Source: Thermovirgaceae bacterium (lineage in GTDB: Bacteria; Synergistota; Synergistia; Synergistales; Thermovirgaceae). Taken from it: a DNA stretch of 17,631 bases. Below the pieces are notes generated by a model. It ran no database searches. It saw only the letters and a program-made list of their open reading frames with translations, and was not told where the DNA came from. Below are positions 1 through 9,604 of the stretch, one piece after another (positions within the stretch are counted from its first letter, which is position 1; every line of letters begins with the position of its first letter). The translations under genes were made by a program, and so were the position numbers. The stretch spans positions 1 to 17,631 of the forward strand of contig JBKHBH010000038.1 of NCBI GenBank assembly GCA_046542505.1, given 5' to 3'.

Positions 1-48
1 CTGCGATTTTGTCTCATGGGTTTGCATGAAAACCTGCATTCGGAAATA

Positions 49-66
49 TTGTTAAAATTGACACAA
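49..66. promoter_or_regulatory. Candidate Rex (NADH/NAD+ redox-sensing repressor) operator overlapping the -35 box of the ATP synthase promoter
   Basis: 18-bp TTGTTAA-AATT-GACACAA resembles the Rex consensus TTGT(G/T)AA-N4-TT(C/A)ACAA. The outer arms extend to a perfect inverted pair, TATTGT (47-52) / ACAATA (63-68). Confidence 0.5.
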
Positions 67-86
67 TAATATGCCCATATTAGAAT
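58..86 (+). promoter_or_regulatory. Sigma70/SigA-type promoter of the V/A-type ATP synthase operon
   Basis: Perfect TTGACA (58-63), 17-nt spacer and TAGAAT (81-86), about 115 nt upstream of the first CDS. Confidence 0.85.
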
Positions 87-122
87 TTCTCAAGGTTTTG
101 CCGAAAAGGGGTTTGCTGAAAA

Positions 123-165
123 GGGACTGTTGCACAGGCGGTTGCACAAGTCACCAGGTGCATAA
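123..165 (+). ncRNA. Candidate cis-regulatory leader RNA resembling the Na+-I (DUF1646 motif) riboswitch
   Basis: Lies in the 5' UTR of a Na+-type V-ATPase operon. CAGGCGGTTGCAC-AAGTCACCAG-GTGCA forms the stem TGCAC (143-147)/GTGCA (158-162), and the loop can pair with upstream GACT (125-128)/AGTC (149-152), which would allow a pseudoknot. The resemblance to the family is from memory and has not been tested with a covariance model. Confidence 0.5.
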
Positions 166-201
166 AGTAAAAAGGATTTCCACCGAAAGGGGGTGCCGTT
201 G

Positions 202-534
202 GTGGCAAAAGATATTGCCGAAGAAATACGGCAATCAGAAAAAGCGGCTGAATCAGTTGTCCAGGACGCCAGGTCACAGGCATCAAAAATGATCACAGAA
301 GCGCGGTCGGAAGCTGAAAACAATCTGAAGGCATCAAAGCAGGCGATGCACAGGAAATACCGTGAAACCCTGGAAACAACAGAAAAAGAAGCCGAGCAGG
401 AGGCCGAAAAGATCGTCGCCCAAGGGAAGAAGGAAGCAGATGATCTGGTGCAGCGCCACCGGGAAAAGATAGAAGATGTAGCTGCCTGGGTTGCAAAAGA
501 GGTGGTTGACAAGTATGGCGGTCCTAAAAGTTAA
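202..534 (+). CDS. V/A-type ATP synthase peripheral stalk subunit H/G (NtpF-like)
   Basis: About 110-aa highly charged, Ala/Glu/Lys-rich coiled-coil protein, first gene before subunit I. SD AAAGGGGGTG (186-195) favours GTG at 202, although the ORF track starts at 193. Confidence 0.85.
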   Translation: MAKDIAEEIRQSEKAAESVVQDARSQASKMITEARSEAENNLKASKQAMHRKYRETLETTEKEAEQEAEKIVAQGKKEADDLVQRHREKIEDVAAWVAKEVVDKYGGPKS

Positions 535-2539
535 GAAGGCAACGCTTTATGCTCATCAATCCGTAGCGGAAGATATCGTGGCGGAGCTTCAGAAGCTGTC
601 GAGCTGCGAGGTCATGCCTCTTGAAGATGCAGGCGCCGATGGCAAAATGGAGGTCGTTGCCCGCAAACTGAGAGAGATTGATGATATTTCGGCCGACGCC
701 CGTTTCCTCCTCCGGTTTCTTGAACCCTATTACGAAGACGAGCGTGGAACGCTGGACAGGCTGCTTTCGGACAAACCGTCCGTCACCATTGAGGAGCTTG
801 AGAAGCTTGTCGCAAAAATAGAACTGAAGGAGATCGCCGGACAGGCGAGAAAAATCGAGCGAAGGCTCGTGGAACTGCGCAGCGCCTTGTCGAATCTCGA
901 CTCGAAGCGGTCCGTTCTGTCAACACTCGAGGGGTTTCCCCATGATCTTTCCCTGCTCTCCCGGGGGACCAAAAACGTAACTTCCCTGTACGGGACCATC
1001 CCCTCAGATCAAGTAGAAAAACTGAAGACCGCCTTTGTGGAAGCCGCAGGCGATCAGGGTGAACTTTTCTTCGGCTCAAGGGAGGAAAAGGCTCTACAGG
1101 TTCCCGTCGTCATGCTTTATGACAAGGCGGTTGCAGCTGACGTCTCCGAAGCAAGTGCAGCAGTCACCTTCTCACGGATTGATTTCCCCAAAAATATTGC
1201 CGGAACCGTTGTTGAGGAGATGAAACGAGTCACCGACGAGCGGAACGGACTTCTGGAGGAAGAAGAACAACTGAAAAGCAGCTCCAGGGAACTCGCGGAT
1301 CTTCATATTCCTTCGATCCGGAAGCTTTTTGATTATTTCGCCGTTCTTCACAAACGGTATGAAGCACTCTTGCAGGGTGAAAGGACCAGCAATGTCAGCA
1401 TCATCCGCCTGTGGATTCCGGAAAGCGCCCTCAAGGCCTTCAGACAAACCATCAAGCCCTATGAAGCGCAAACGGAAGTCATTGTGGAGGATCCTGACAT
1501 TTCGGCCGGCGATGATCCGCCGGTTCTGCTGAAGAATCCCAAATGGGCCCTTCCTTTTGAACCCTTGACACGTCTTTATGGTCTGCCTGTTTACGGCCGG
1601 ATGGACCCGACGGTGCCCATGGCGCCCTTTATGTTCATTTTCCTCGGAATGTGTCTCGGGGATGGAGGATACGGGATTTTCCTCGCCGGACTGATTCTGT
1701 GGTTTTTCTCCCGTTACCGGATTACTGGTGAAAAGAAAAATTTTTTCAACCTTCTTCTTTTGGGGACTGTTTCCACCACCGCATTCGGCGCGATAACGGG
1801 AAGCTGGCTGGGTGACATGATTGATGCCTTTGAACCGCTCAGTTTCCTCATCGGGATCAAAAACAGCGTGGTCCTCCTCCGGCCCATGGAAAATCCTCTC
1901 AATTTTCTGGGCATATCTCTTGCCCTCGGGGTCATCCAGGTTCTTTTCGGACTCTTTCTTGCAATGTGGGAGAACCTGCGAAAGGGCGACTACATCGCGG
2001 CCTTCGGTGACCAGGGAGGCTGGATAGCGCTTATTATGGGACTTCTTGTTTATGCGGGCGCGGCAGCGGACATACTGGCGCCGGCAACGGGCTTTTTGGG
2101 AAAGGTCCTTTCCTTCGTAGGGGTGGGCCTTCTGATAACAACCCAGGGAAGAGAAAAAACCGGTTTCATTAACAAGGCCGTTTCAGGAGTCATGAGCCTG
2201 TACAACATCACCTCGTACCTTGGTGACGTGCTAAGCTACAGCAGGCTCCTCGCCCTTGGTCTCGCCACATCCGCGGTGGCCATGATCATCAATACCTTGA
2301 CAGGCCTCGTGATCGACATACCCTTCGTCGGAATGATCCTTGCGGTTATCCTGTTTATCGGCGGCCACCTGTTCAGTGTGACGGTCAACACGCTGGGTGC
2401 GTTCATCCATGCCCTGCGTCTCCAGTATGTAGAGTTTTTCAGCAAATTCTACGGTGGCGGCGGAAGGGCTCTCGAGCCCCTTGCCTACGACACGCAATAC
2501 GTACAGGTAAAGCCGGTGGGAGCGGAAAAAGTGCTTTGA
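515..2539 (+). CDS. atpI: V/A-type ATP synthase subunit I (a; NtpI)
   Basis: Soluble N-terminal half and polytopic C-terminal half. Motifs include DPT..MAPF...FLGMCLGDGGYG, DVLSYSRLLALGLA (essential Arg) and HALRLQYVEFFSKFY. ATG at 515 follows SD AGAGGTGG and overlaps the subunit H gene. Confidence 0.97.
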   Translation: MAVLKVKKATLYAHQSVAEDIVAELQKLSSCEVMPLEDAGADGKMEVVARKLREIDDISADARFLLRFLEPYYEDERGTLDRLLSDKPSVTIEELEKLVAKIELKEIAGQARKIERRLVELRSALSNLDSKRSVLSTLEGFPHDLSLLSRGTKNVTSLYGTIPSDQVEKLKTAFVEAAGDQGELFFGSREEKALQVPVVMLYDKAVAADVSEASAAVTFSRIDFPKNIAGTVVEEMKRVTDERNGLLEEEEQLKSSSRELADLHIPSIRKLFDYFAVLHKRYEALLQGERTSNVSIIRLWIPESALKAFRQTIKPYEAQTEVIVEDPDISAGDDPPVLLKNPKWALPFEPLTRLYGLPVYGRMDPTVPMAPFMFIFLGMCLGDGGYGIFLAGLILWFFSRYRITGEKKNFFNLLLLGTVSTTAFGAITGSWLGDMIDAFEPLSFLIGIKNSVVLLRPMENPLNFLGISLALGVIQVLFGLFLAMWENLRKGDYIAAFGDQGGWIALIMGLLVYAGAAADILAPATGFLGKVLSFVGVGLLITTQGREKTGFINKAVSGVMSLYNITSYLGDVLSYSRLLALGLATSAVAMIINTLTGLVIDIPFVGMILAVILFIGGHLFSVTVNTLGAFIHALRLQYVEFFSKFYGGGGRALEPLAYDTQYVQVKPVGAEKVL

Positions 2540-2552
2540 GCATTTTTTTTTT
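2526..2552 (+). terminator. Weak terminator-like hairpin plus T10 tract overlapping the subunit I stop codon
   Basis: AAAAAGTGCT-TTG-AGCAT followed by a T-run (T10, 2543-2552). The stem is short and includes a G-U pair. Confidence 0.35.
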
Positions 2553-2569
2553 GAAAACATTACACTTGA

Positions 2570-3082
<513 letters not shown>

Positions 3083-3106
3083 CCCGGGCGCCAAGGGGTG
3101 ATCGGT

Positions 3107-3688
3107 ATGGCTTTGGCTGATATCAAGAAACGGATAGAAGCGGACGCAAAAAAAGAGGCTGAGGAAATCCTTGAAAAGGCCAAAAAACAGGTAGAGGAAA
3201 TCAATAAGAATTCTGAAGAGGAAAGAATAAAGCTTCAGAAGGAGTACGACAGGAAACTCGAAAGGGAAAAACCGGAGATACATGAAAGACGAAAGATCGT
3301 CGCACGACTCGATGTCCGGAAGTTGAAGCTTGGTGCAAAAAGGAAGCTCATCGAGCAGGTCTTCAGTACCGCCCTCGAGAATATGCAGCAGATGGAGACA
3401 TCCGAATATGCGCAATTTCTCAAGTCCCTCCTCAAACAGGCGACCGAAGAGGACAGGGGTATTGTAATCCCGGGCAGGGAAGACAAGGTCATCAATGCCG
3501 ACTGGCTCAAGCGCTTCAATGAAGAAAACGGAAAGGAACTTGAGCTTTCAGAAGAGCGCCTGCCGATCAAGGGCGGCTTTATCTTTCAAAAGGGAGACAT
3601 CGACATCAATTGCACCTTCAAAATGCTGCTCGATAATCTCCACGAGGATCTTGAGTCGGAAATCGTCAAAAGCCTCTTTTCCGACTAG
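3107..3688 (+). CDS. atpE: V/A-type ATP synthase subunit E (NtpE)
   Basis: Charged N-terminal coiled coil and C-terminal IKGGFI...IDINCTF motif. Expected position after K. ATG at 3107 follows SD AAGGGGTGA. Confidence 0.95.
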   Translation: MALADIKKRIEADAKKEAEEILEKAKKQVEEINKNSEEERIKLQKEYDRKLEREKPEIHERRKIVARLDVRKLKLGAKRKLIEQVFSTALENMQQMETSEYAQFLKSLLKQATEEDRGIVIPGREDKVINADWLKRFNEENGKELELSEERLPIKGGFIFQKGDIDINCTFKMLLDNLHEDLESEIVKSLFSD

Positions 3689-3709
3689 GGAACTGGAGGG
3701 CTTTGGTCA

Positions 3710-4723
3710 ATGACCCAGGTAACGGGATACGGCTATGCCGTTTCAAGACTGCGGGCAATGGAAAACCGCCTGCTCGATAACGCCTTTTTCCAGAGGCTGC
3801 TTGACAGCGAGGGAATCTCCGATGCGTTGAAGGCCCTCGGTGAAACATATTATTCCAGGTGGCTCACAGACGAGAAGGGAACCACTGATGTTGAGCACGC
3901 CATCTTCTCGGAATTGCAGGAAGCCTATGACGAAGTGAGACGCTTTTCTCCCGATCCGGAATTGCCCCAACTGTGCAGGCTTCCATACGATATCCACAAC
4001 ATAAAAGTCCTTCTTAAGGGACAGATCCAAAAACAGCGCGGTTCAAAAAAACGAAGGGATCTTCTGACAAATCTTGGGAACGTATCCGTCGACGACCTTG
4101 TTGTCGCTGTGGAAAGCGAGGATTACCGTCTTCTTCCCCTGGGTTTTCACAGGATTGTGCCAGAGTGCATCATGCATTGGGAACAGACCCATGACATTCT
4201 TTCCGTCGAGACGATGCTGGATTCGCACCTTTTTTCCATGTTGCGTCAGCTCGCCGAAAAGGCGGAACACGAAGGAATCGAGACCTGGGTCCGGGCGAAA
4301 ATTGATGCGGAAAACGTCAGAAACATTTTCCGCCTCAAAAGGATTGAAATGGACACGGGCCAGGCGGCGCCGTTCCTTCATGATGGAGGATGGATTTCAC
4401 GAGACAGGATTCTCTCGCTGATGGCCGAACCTGTCGAAGGATGGGGACGCATCCTCGGATTCGCCGACGTGTCGACGGCCTTTCGCAATCTACCCGAGGC
4501 AGGAAACACCGACGATCTCATCGTTGATCTTGAAAAGGCTCTTGACGACTACATCACCGGAGTTCTTGGACCATACAGATACAGCACTTTCGCACCGGAA
4601 AACATATTGACCTATCTTTGGGCCAAGGAGATTGAAAGCAAAAACGTCCGAATCATCCTTGTCGGAGTGTCCAACGACGTCGACAGGGACTCACTGAGGA
4701 GGCTGCTCAGAAATGTCCGGTAA
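3710..4723 (+). CDS. atpC: V/A-type ATP synthase subunit C (d; NtpC)
   Basis: YGYAVSRLRAMENRLL N-terminus, YDIHNIKVLLK, and YLWAKEIESKNVRIIL C-terminus. SD GGAGGG. Confidence 0.95.
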   Translation: MTQVTGYGYAVSRLRAMENRLLDNAFFQRLLDSEGISDALKALGETYYSRWLTDEKGTTDVEHAIFSELQEAYDEVRRFSPDPELPQLCRLPYDIHNIKVLLKGQIQKQRGSKKRRDLLTNLGNVSVDDLVVAVESEDYRLLPLGFHRIVPECIMHWEQTHDILSVETMLDSHLFSMLRQLAEKAEHEGIETWVRAKIDAENVRNIFRLKRIEMDTGQAAPFLHDGGWISRDRILSLMAEPVEGWGRILGFADVSTAFRNLPEAGNTDDLIVDLEKALDDYITGVLGPYRYSTFAPENILTYLWAKEIESKNVRIILVGVSNDVDRDSLRRLLRNVR

Positions 4724-5066
4724 ACCGGGGAACCTGAAAATGGCCGCTGTGGGAGATTATGAAAGCATTCTCCCCTTTCAGGCTGTTGGAATAGATCCTT
4801 TCGTGGCAGGACAACAAAACGAAGGGGAGGACAACCAGGACCTTCAAACCCTGCTCCGGCGGCTTTTGAGGGAACAATATGCCGTCGTGTTCCTCCTGGA
4901 CAGCCTGTTCAAGGGTCATCAGGAGTTTATCCGGGAGCTGAACGAAGATTACCCGATCAGCATTATTCCGGTTCCCGGCGTTCACGGGTCGACAGGAATC
5001 GGTGTCGAAGCAATCCGCGAAAGCGTCGAACGGGCTGTCGGAATGGATATTTTTTCGGTGGAATGA
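4713..5066 (+). CDS. atpF: V/A-type ATP synthase subunit F (NtpG)
   Basis: KMAAVGDYESILPFQAVGI N-terminal motif, PISIIPVPG, and VERAVGMDI C-terminus. SD GAGGAGG. Confidence 0.95.
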   Translation: MSGKPGNLKMAAVGDYESILPFQAVGIDPFVAGQQNEGEDNQDLQTLLRRLLREQYAVVFLLDSLFKGHQEFIRELNEDYPISIIPVPGVHGSTGIGVEAIRESVERAVGMDIFSVE

Positions 5067-5119
5067 GACAGGATATGATACAGGTTTTCACAAATCCAGG
5101 AAGTCAATAGGTGGTGGCC

Positions 5120-6907
5120 ATGGCAAAAAACATTCAGGGTACCATATCTAAAATTTCGGGCCCTCTTGTTGTTGCAAACGGAATGAGTGGAGCCTCCATG
5201 TACGATGTGGTACGTGTAGGCAAAATCGGCCTCGTTGGGGAGGTCATCGAACTCAAGGGCGATACGGCTTCGATACAGGTCTACGAGGAAACCTCCGGAC
5301 TCCTTCCCGGTGAACCTGTGGTCGGAACCGGCGCTCCCTTGAGCGTTGAGCTTGGCCCCGGTCTGATAGAACAGTTTTTCGACGGAGTCCAACGACCTTT
5401 GAACCTTATTGAAAAAGCGGCCGACAGCCCTTTTATCTCACGGGGAATTGATGTCCCGGCCCTGGACAGGAAAAAGAAATGGAACTTCAAACCGCTGCTC
5501 GAAGAGGGGACGGAAGTTTTCGAAGGTGATATCCTCGGATCGGTACAGGAAACGGTTCTCGTCGAGCACCGGATAATGGTCCCTCCAGGAATAAAGGGAA
5601 CCCTGAAGGAAATCAAGTCCGGAGATTTTACCGTCGACGAAACCATCGCCGTGATCAAGGACGGCGAGAACGAACACGAAGTGAACATGATCCAGAAATG
5701 GCCTGTCAGGATGCTGAGACCTGTGCAAAAAAGGCTTCCTCCGAATGTTCCGCTGACGACAGGGCAAAGGGTGGTGGACACCTTTTTCCCGATGACACGA
5801 GGTGGAGCAGCTTGCGTTCCCGGCCCCTTCGGATCGGGTAAGACGGTGATCCAGCACCAGCTGGCCAAGTGGGCCGATGCTGAAATCGTCGTATATGTCG
5901 GATGCGGCGAGCGCGGGAATGAAATGACGGACGTGCTCCTAGAATTTCCTGAACTTGAAGACCCACGATCAGGACACCCTCTCATGAAAAGGACCGTCCT
6001 GATCGCCAACACGTCCAACATGCCCGTTGCGGCAAGAGAGGCAAGCATTTACACGGGTATTACCATGGCGGAATACTACCGCGATATGGGGTACTCCGTC
6101 GCTCTGATGGCAGATTCCACAAGCCGCTGGGCCGAGGCACTGCGCGAGATTTCGGGTCGCCTTGAAGAAATGCCCGGCGAAGAGGGATATCCCGCATATC
6201 TAGGAACGCGCCTTGCCTCTTTCTACGAGCGGGCTGGAAGAGCGATCTGCCTGGGAAGCGACGAACGTGAAGGATCAGTAAGTGCAATCGGCGCAGTTTC
6301 GCCTCCCGGCGGCGACCTTTCGGAACCGGTCAGCCAGAACACCCTCCGGGTGACCAAGGTTTTCTGGGGCCTCGACGCCAACCTCGCCTATCAGCGACAC
6401 TTCCCGGCGATAAACTGGCTTCAGAGCTACTCGCTTTACACTGCCAACCTTGACGAATATTGGGATGACAAGTACGACGGCGAGTGGAGCAGCATGCGCA
6501 CCCGCTCAATGGGCATACTTGAGGAGGAAGACCGACTCCGTGAGATCGTACGGCTTGTCGGTATCGACGCCCTGTCGAAGGAAGAACGGATGATCCTCGA
6601 GACGGCAAAGTCGATCAGGGAGGATTTTCTGCACCAGAACGCATTCCATGAGATCGATACCTTCGCTTCCATGGACAAGCAGACGAAGATGCTGAGAACG
6701 ATCATGGCTTTCCATGACCTTTGCATGGATGCCCTGAAGCAGGGCGCCATGCTGAACGATATCCTGGGGCTCGAGGTTCGGGAAAAGATAGCCCGTATGC
6801 GATATTTGAGCGAGGATGATCTCGAAAGCATCGACAAGCTTGAGCCGGAGATGAAGCAGCAGGTAAACAAACTTCTGCCGGAGGGGAGCATCGGCGATGT
6901 TGCCTAA
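5120..6907 (+). CDS. atpA: V/A-type ATP synthase catalytic subunit A (NtpA)
   Basis: Walker [45 protein letters not shown] and [11 protein letters not shown] at 5120 follows AGGTGG (the ORF track starts at GTG 5111). Confidence 0.99.
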   Translation: MAKNIQGTISKISGPLVVANGMSGASMYDVVRVGKIGLVGEVIELKGDTASIQVYEETSGLLPGEPVVGTGAPLSVELGPGLIEQFFDGVQRPLNLIEKAADSPFISRGIDVPALDRKKKWNFKPLLEEGTEVFEGDILGSVQETVLVEHRIMVPPGIKGTLKEIKSGDFTVDETIAVIKDGENEHEVNMIQKWPVRMLRPVQKRLPPNVPLTTGQRVVDTFFPMTRGGAACVPGPFGSGKTVIQHQLAKWADAEIVVYVGCGERGNEMTDVLLEFPELEDPRSGHPLMKRTVLIANTSNMPVAAREASIYTGITMAEYYRDMGYSVALMADSTSRWAEALREISGRLEEMPGEEGYPAYLGTRLASFYERAGRAICLGSDEREGSVSAIGAVSPPGGDLSEPVSQNTLRVTKVFWGLDANLAYQRHFPAINWLQSYSLYTANLDEYWDDKYDGEWSSMRTRSMGILEEEDRLREIVRLVGIDALSKEERMILETAKSIREDFLHQNAFHEIDTFASMDKQTKMLRTIMAFHDLCMDALKQGAMLNDILGLEVREKIARMRYLSEDDLESIDKLEPEMKQQVNKLLPEGSIGDVA

Positions 6908-8339
6908 AGAGTACAGAACCATTTCCGACCTGTCTGGTCCGCTGGTTGTCGTCGAGAAAGTCGAAGACGTCATGTACGACGAACTTGTGGAAATCGAGCT
7001 TCCTGACGGGGAAAGACGTCGGGGACGAGTTCTTGAAATTTCGACGGACAGGGCACTCGTACAGATTTTTGAGGGAACCACGGGAATCGACGTCAGTGCG
7101 ACAAAAGTTCGCTTTACGGGCAAGGTTCTGAGGCTGCCCGTCAGCAAGGAGATTCTCGGACGCATCTTCAACGGAAGGGGCGAGCCCATCGATGACGGAA
7201 CGCCCATAATCCCCGAAAAGATGCTTGACATCAATGGCTTCCCCATCAACCCCTATTCCAGGGACTACCCGTCGGAGTTCATACAGACCGGTGTCTCAAC
7301 GATCGACGGGATGAACCCCATGGTCAGGGGACAGAAGCTGCCTATTTTTTCCGGCAGTGGCATGCCTCATAACCGTATTGCCGCCCAGGTGGCGAGACAG
7401 GCGACGGTCCTCGGAGGACATGAAGATTTCGCTGTGGTATTTGCTGCGATGGGGATCACCTTTGAAGAGGCCTCCTTCTTTATGGACGACTTCAGAAAAA
7501 CCGGGGCAATAGAAAGAACGGTCATGTTCGTCAACCTTGCGGACGACCCCGCCATCGAACGGATCACGACACCAAGGCTCGCTCTCACCTGCGCCGAATA
7601 CCTGGCCTTCGAGCACGGCTACCAGGTCCTCGTAATCCTGACGGACCTTACGAACTACTGCGAGGCCCTGCGTGAGATTTCGGCCGCCAGAAAGGAAGTG
7701 CCTGGACGTAGAGGGTATCCAGGGTACCTGTACACGGACCTTGCAACAATGTATGAACGTGCAGGGCGTCTCAAGGGAAGAAAGGGCTCCATCACGCAGT
7801 TTCCAATACTGACCATGCCTGAAGACGACAAGACGCACCCTATCCCCGACCTGACAGGATACATCACGGAAGGCCAGATTATCCTCAGCAGGACCCTACA
7901 CAGAAAGGGAATTTACCCGCCAGTCGACGTTCTGCCTTCTTTGTCCCGGCTCAAGGACAAGGGAATCGGGAAGGGAAAGACCCGTGAGGATCACGCCGAT
8001 CTGATGAACCAGCTCTTTGCCGCCTATGCAAGAGGAAAGGAAGCCAAAGAGCTCGCGACTATCCTCGGCGAGAGTGCCTTGACGGAAGAAGACAAGGCCT
8101 TTGCCCGATTCTCAGATACCTTCGAAGACACTTATGTCCGTCAGGGTGAATATGAAAACCGCTCAATAGAGGATACCCTTGAGAAGGGGTGGGAGCTGCT
8201 GAAAGGAATCCCCCTGACGGAGCTCAAGCGTGTCCGTGACGAGTACATCGAAAAATATCTCAAACCCCGCCTGTCGGAGGATACCAGGGAAAAATCGGAA
8301 GAAGAGGCGGAAACGGCAACGCAGCAGCGGAATTCCTAA
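6897..8339 (+). CDS. atpB: V/A-type ATP synthase subunit B (NtpB)
   Basis: [54 protein letters not shown] and [13 protein letters not shown]. Confidence 0.99.
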   Translation: MLPKEYRTISDLSGPLVVVEKVEDVMYDELVEIELPDGERRRGRVLEISTDRALVQIFEGTTGIDVSATKVRFTGKVLRLPVSKEILGRIFNGRGEPIDDGTPIIPEKMLDINGFPINPYSRDYPSEFIQTGVSTIDGMNPMVRGQKLPIFSGSGMPHNRIAAQVARQATVLGGHEDFAVVFAAMGITFEEASFFMDDFRKTGAIERTVMFVNLADDPAIERITTPRLALTCAEYLAFEHGYQVLVILTDLTNYCEALREISAARKEVPGRRGYPGYLYTDLATMYERAGRLKGRKGSITQFPILTMPEDDKTHPIPDLTGYITEGQIILSRTLHRKGIYPPVDVLPSLSRLKDKGIGKGKTREDHADLMNQLFAAYARGKEAKELATILGESALTEEDKAFARFSDTFEDTYVRQGEYENRSIEDTLEKGWELLKGIPLTELKRVRDEYIEKYLKPRLSEDTREKSEEEAETATQQRNS

Positions 8340-8384
8340 AAATACCGCGACGGTATCGAAGTCTGCAGGTCAAGGAGGGTTTTC

Positions 8385-9011
8385 ATGGCGAAAAAAATGA
8401 ACGTGAACCCCAACAGAATGGAGCTGAACAGGCTCAAGAAACGCCATGCCGTCGCAAAGCGCGGGCACAAGCTTCTGAAGGACAAGCAGGATGCCTTGAT
8501 CAAGGCTTTTCTCTCTCGAGCCAAAACCATCAAGAAAGAGAGAGAAGAGATCGAGGCGGAACTGGCCGAATGCTATAAGAGCTTCCTTCTCGCAAGGGCC
8601 CAGACGCTCCCGGCAATGCTGGAACAGGCGCTCATGATCAGCGGAACTTCCATGAAGCTGGAAGTTTCCTACAAAAACGTCATGAGCGTCATGGTTCCCG
8701 AGTATGCCGCCACCCAACAAGGCCGCGCACTGAACTACGGACTGGCGAATTCTCCCGGCAGTCTCGACGCGGCACTTGAACGTTTCTCACGGCTCATTCC
8801 CAGGCTCATTTCACTTTCAGCCGAGGAAAAGGGGCTTCGGCTTATGGCTGTTGAAATCGAGCGCACACGACGCCGCGTCAATGCCCTTGAACACGTCCTG
8901 ATCCCATCCTTCAAGGAAACCATTGGGTACATTACGATGAAACTTGACGAACAGGAACGTGCAAATCTCAGCAGGCTGATGAGAATCAAGGAAATCGTCA
9001 GATCCCACTGA
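8385..9011 (+). CDS. atpD: V/A-type ATP synthase central shaft subunit D (NtpD)
   Basis: NPNRMEL, RGHKLLKDKQD and EIERTRRRVNALEHVLIP...LDEQER. SD AGGAGG. Confidence 0.97.
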   Translation: MAKKMNVNPNRMELNRLKKRHAVAKRGHKLLKDKQDALIKAFLSRAKTIKKEREEIEAELAECYKSFLLARAQTLPAMLEQALMISGTSMKLEVSYKNVMSVMVPEYAATQQGRALNYGLANSPGSLDAALERFSRLIPRLISLSAEEKGLRLMAVEIERTRRRVNALEHVLIPSFKETIGYITMKLDEQERANLSRLMRIKEIVRSH

Positions 9012-9054
9012 CCCCGGTAGAAAACAGCGGGGCATACTGCCGAAAGAACGTTAT

Positions 9055-9100
9055 AAAAAAAAGCTGCATGCGTAAAATACATTGCATGCAGCTTTTTTTT
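9055..9100 (+). terminator. Strong Rho-independent, potentially bidirectional, terminator of the ATP synthase operon
   Basis: Perfect 17-bp inverted repeat, A8-GCTGCATGC (9055-9071) / GCATGCAGC-T8 (9084-9100), with a 12-nt loop. Confidence 0.92.
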
Positions 9101-9152
9101 GAAGAAATCCCTGCATTTCCGCCCTCTGTCTGCCTTCATCCCTCCGCAAAAG

Positions 9153-9161
9153 TGCTATAAT
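9153..9161 (+). promoter_or_regulatory. Extended -10 promoter of rnpB
   Basis: TG-C-TATAAT ends about 8 nt before the predicted 5' end of the RNase P RNA. No good -35 box is present. Confidence 0.8.
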
Positions 9162-9169
9162 TCTCATTT

Positions 9170-9604
9170 GGAAGAGAGTATCCCGCGCGGCCGCTGTTTC
9201 GACAGGAAGCGGAGGAAAGTCCGGGCTCCACAGGGCAAGGCGCTGGAGAAACTCCAGTGGGTGCGAACCCAAGGAAAGTGCCACAGAAACATACCGCCCG
9301 ACACTCACTCGTCTTTTGGAATCCTGATTGGTCTTTTAGGGGATACTGACCCCGACAAAACACAGGGGACGGCCGGATTCCATTTGACCGGTGAGTGCCG
9401 GGCAAGGGTGAAAAGGTGAGGTAAGAGCTCACCAGCCGCTGGGTGACCAGCGGGCTAGGCAAACCCCGCCTGGAGCAAGACCGAATAGGAGGGGATGAGG
9501 TGGCCCGCCGACCCTCGGGTACGGTCGCTTGAGGCCGGGCGCAAGCCCGGTCCCAGAGAAATGGCCGCACAACACAGAACCCGGCTTATGGGCTGCTCTC
9601 TTCC
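9170..9604 (+). ncRNA. rnpB: RNase P RNA, bacterial type A
   Basis: Universal motifs GAGGAAAGTCCGGGCTC, AGTGCCACAGAAA, AGGGTGAAAAGG..GGTAAGAG, GGCAAACCCC..GGAGCAAG and ACAGAACCCGGCTTA. P1 pairs GGAAGAGAG (9170-9178) with CTCTCTTCC (9596-9604). P13, P14 (GTGA loop) and P18 (GCAA loop) are present and P19 is absent. Confidence 0.98.

Noticed and set aside
71..292. 73-aa ORF as a possible leader peptide
   Set aside because: Its ATG lies inside the promoter spacer, upstream of the predicted TSS. It has no SD and overlaps subunit H out of frame.
5076..5093. Second Rex-like site between the F and A genes (TTCACAA)
   Set aside because: Only the right half-site matches. The left arm TGATACA is poor and there is no clear associated promoter.
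5822..5923. Intein in V-ATPase subunit A
   Set aside because: The usual insertion region (GSGKT to GCGERGNE) is uninterrupted and the protein has normal length (~595 aa).
5281..7249. Long antisense ORFs (5281-6048, 6506-7249)
   Set aside because: Shadow frames opposite the highly conserved A and B subunits, with no recognisable motifs.
9339..9353. K-turn/K-loop in the rnpB P12 tip (GGGG-ATACTGA-CCCC)
   Set aside because: It contains CTGA but no convincing tandem G-A pair geometry, so it cannot be supported.
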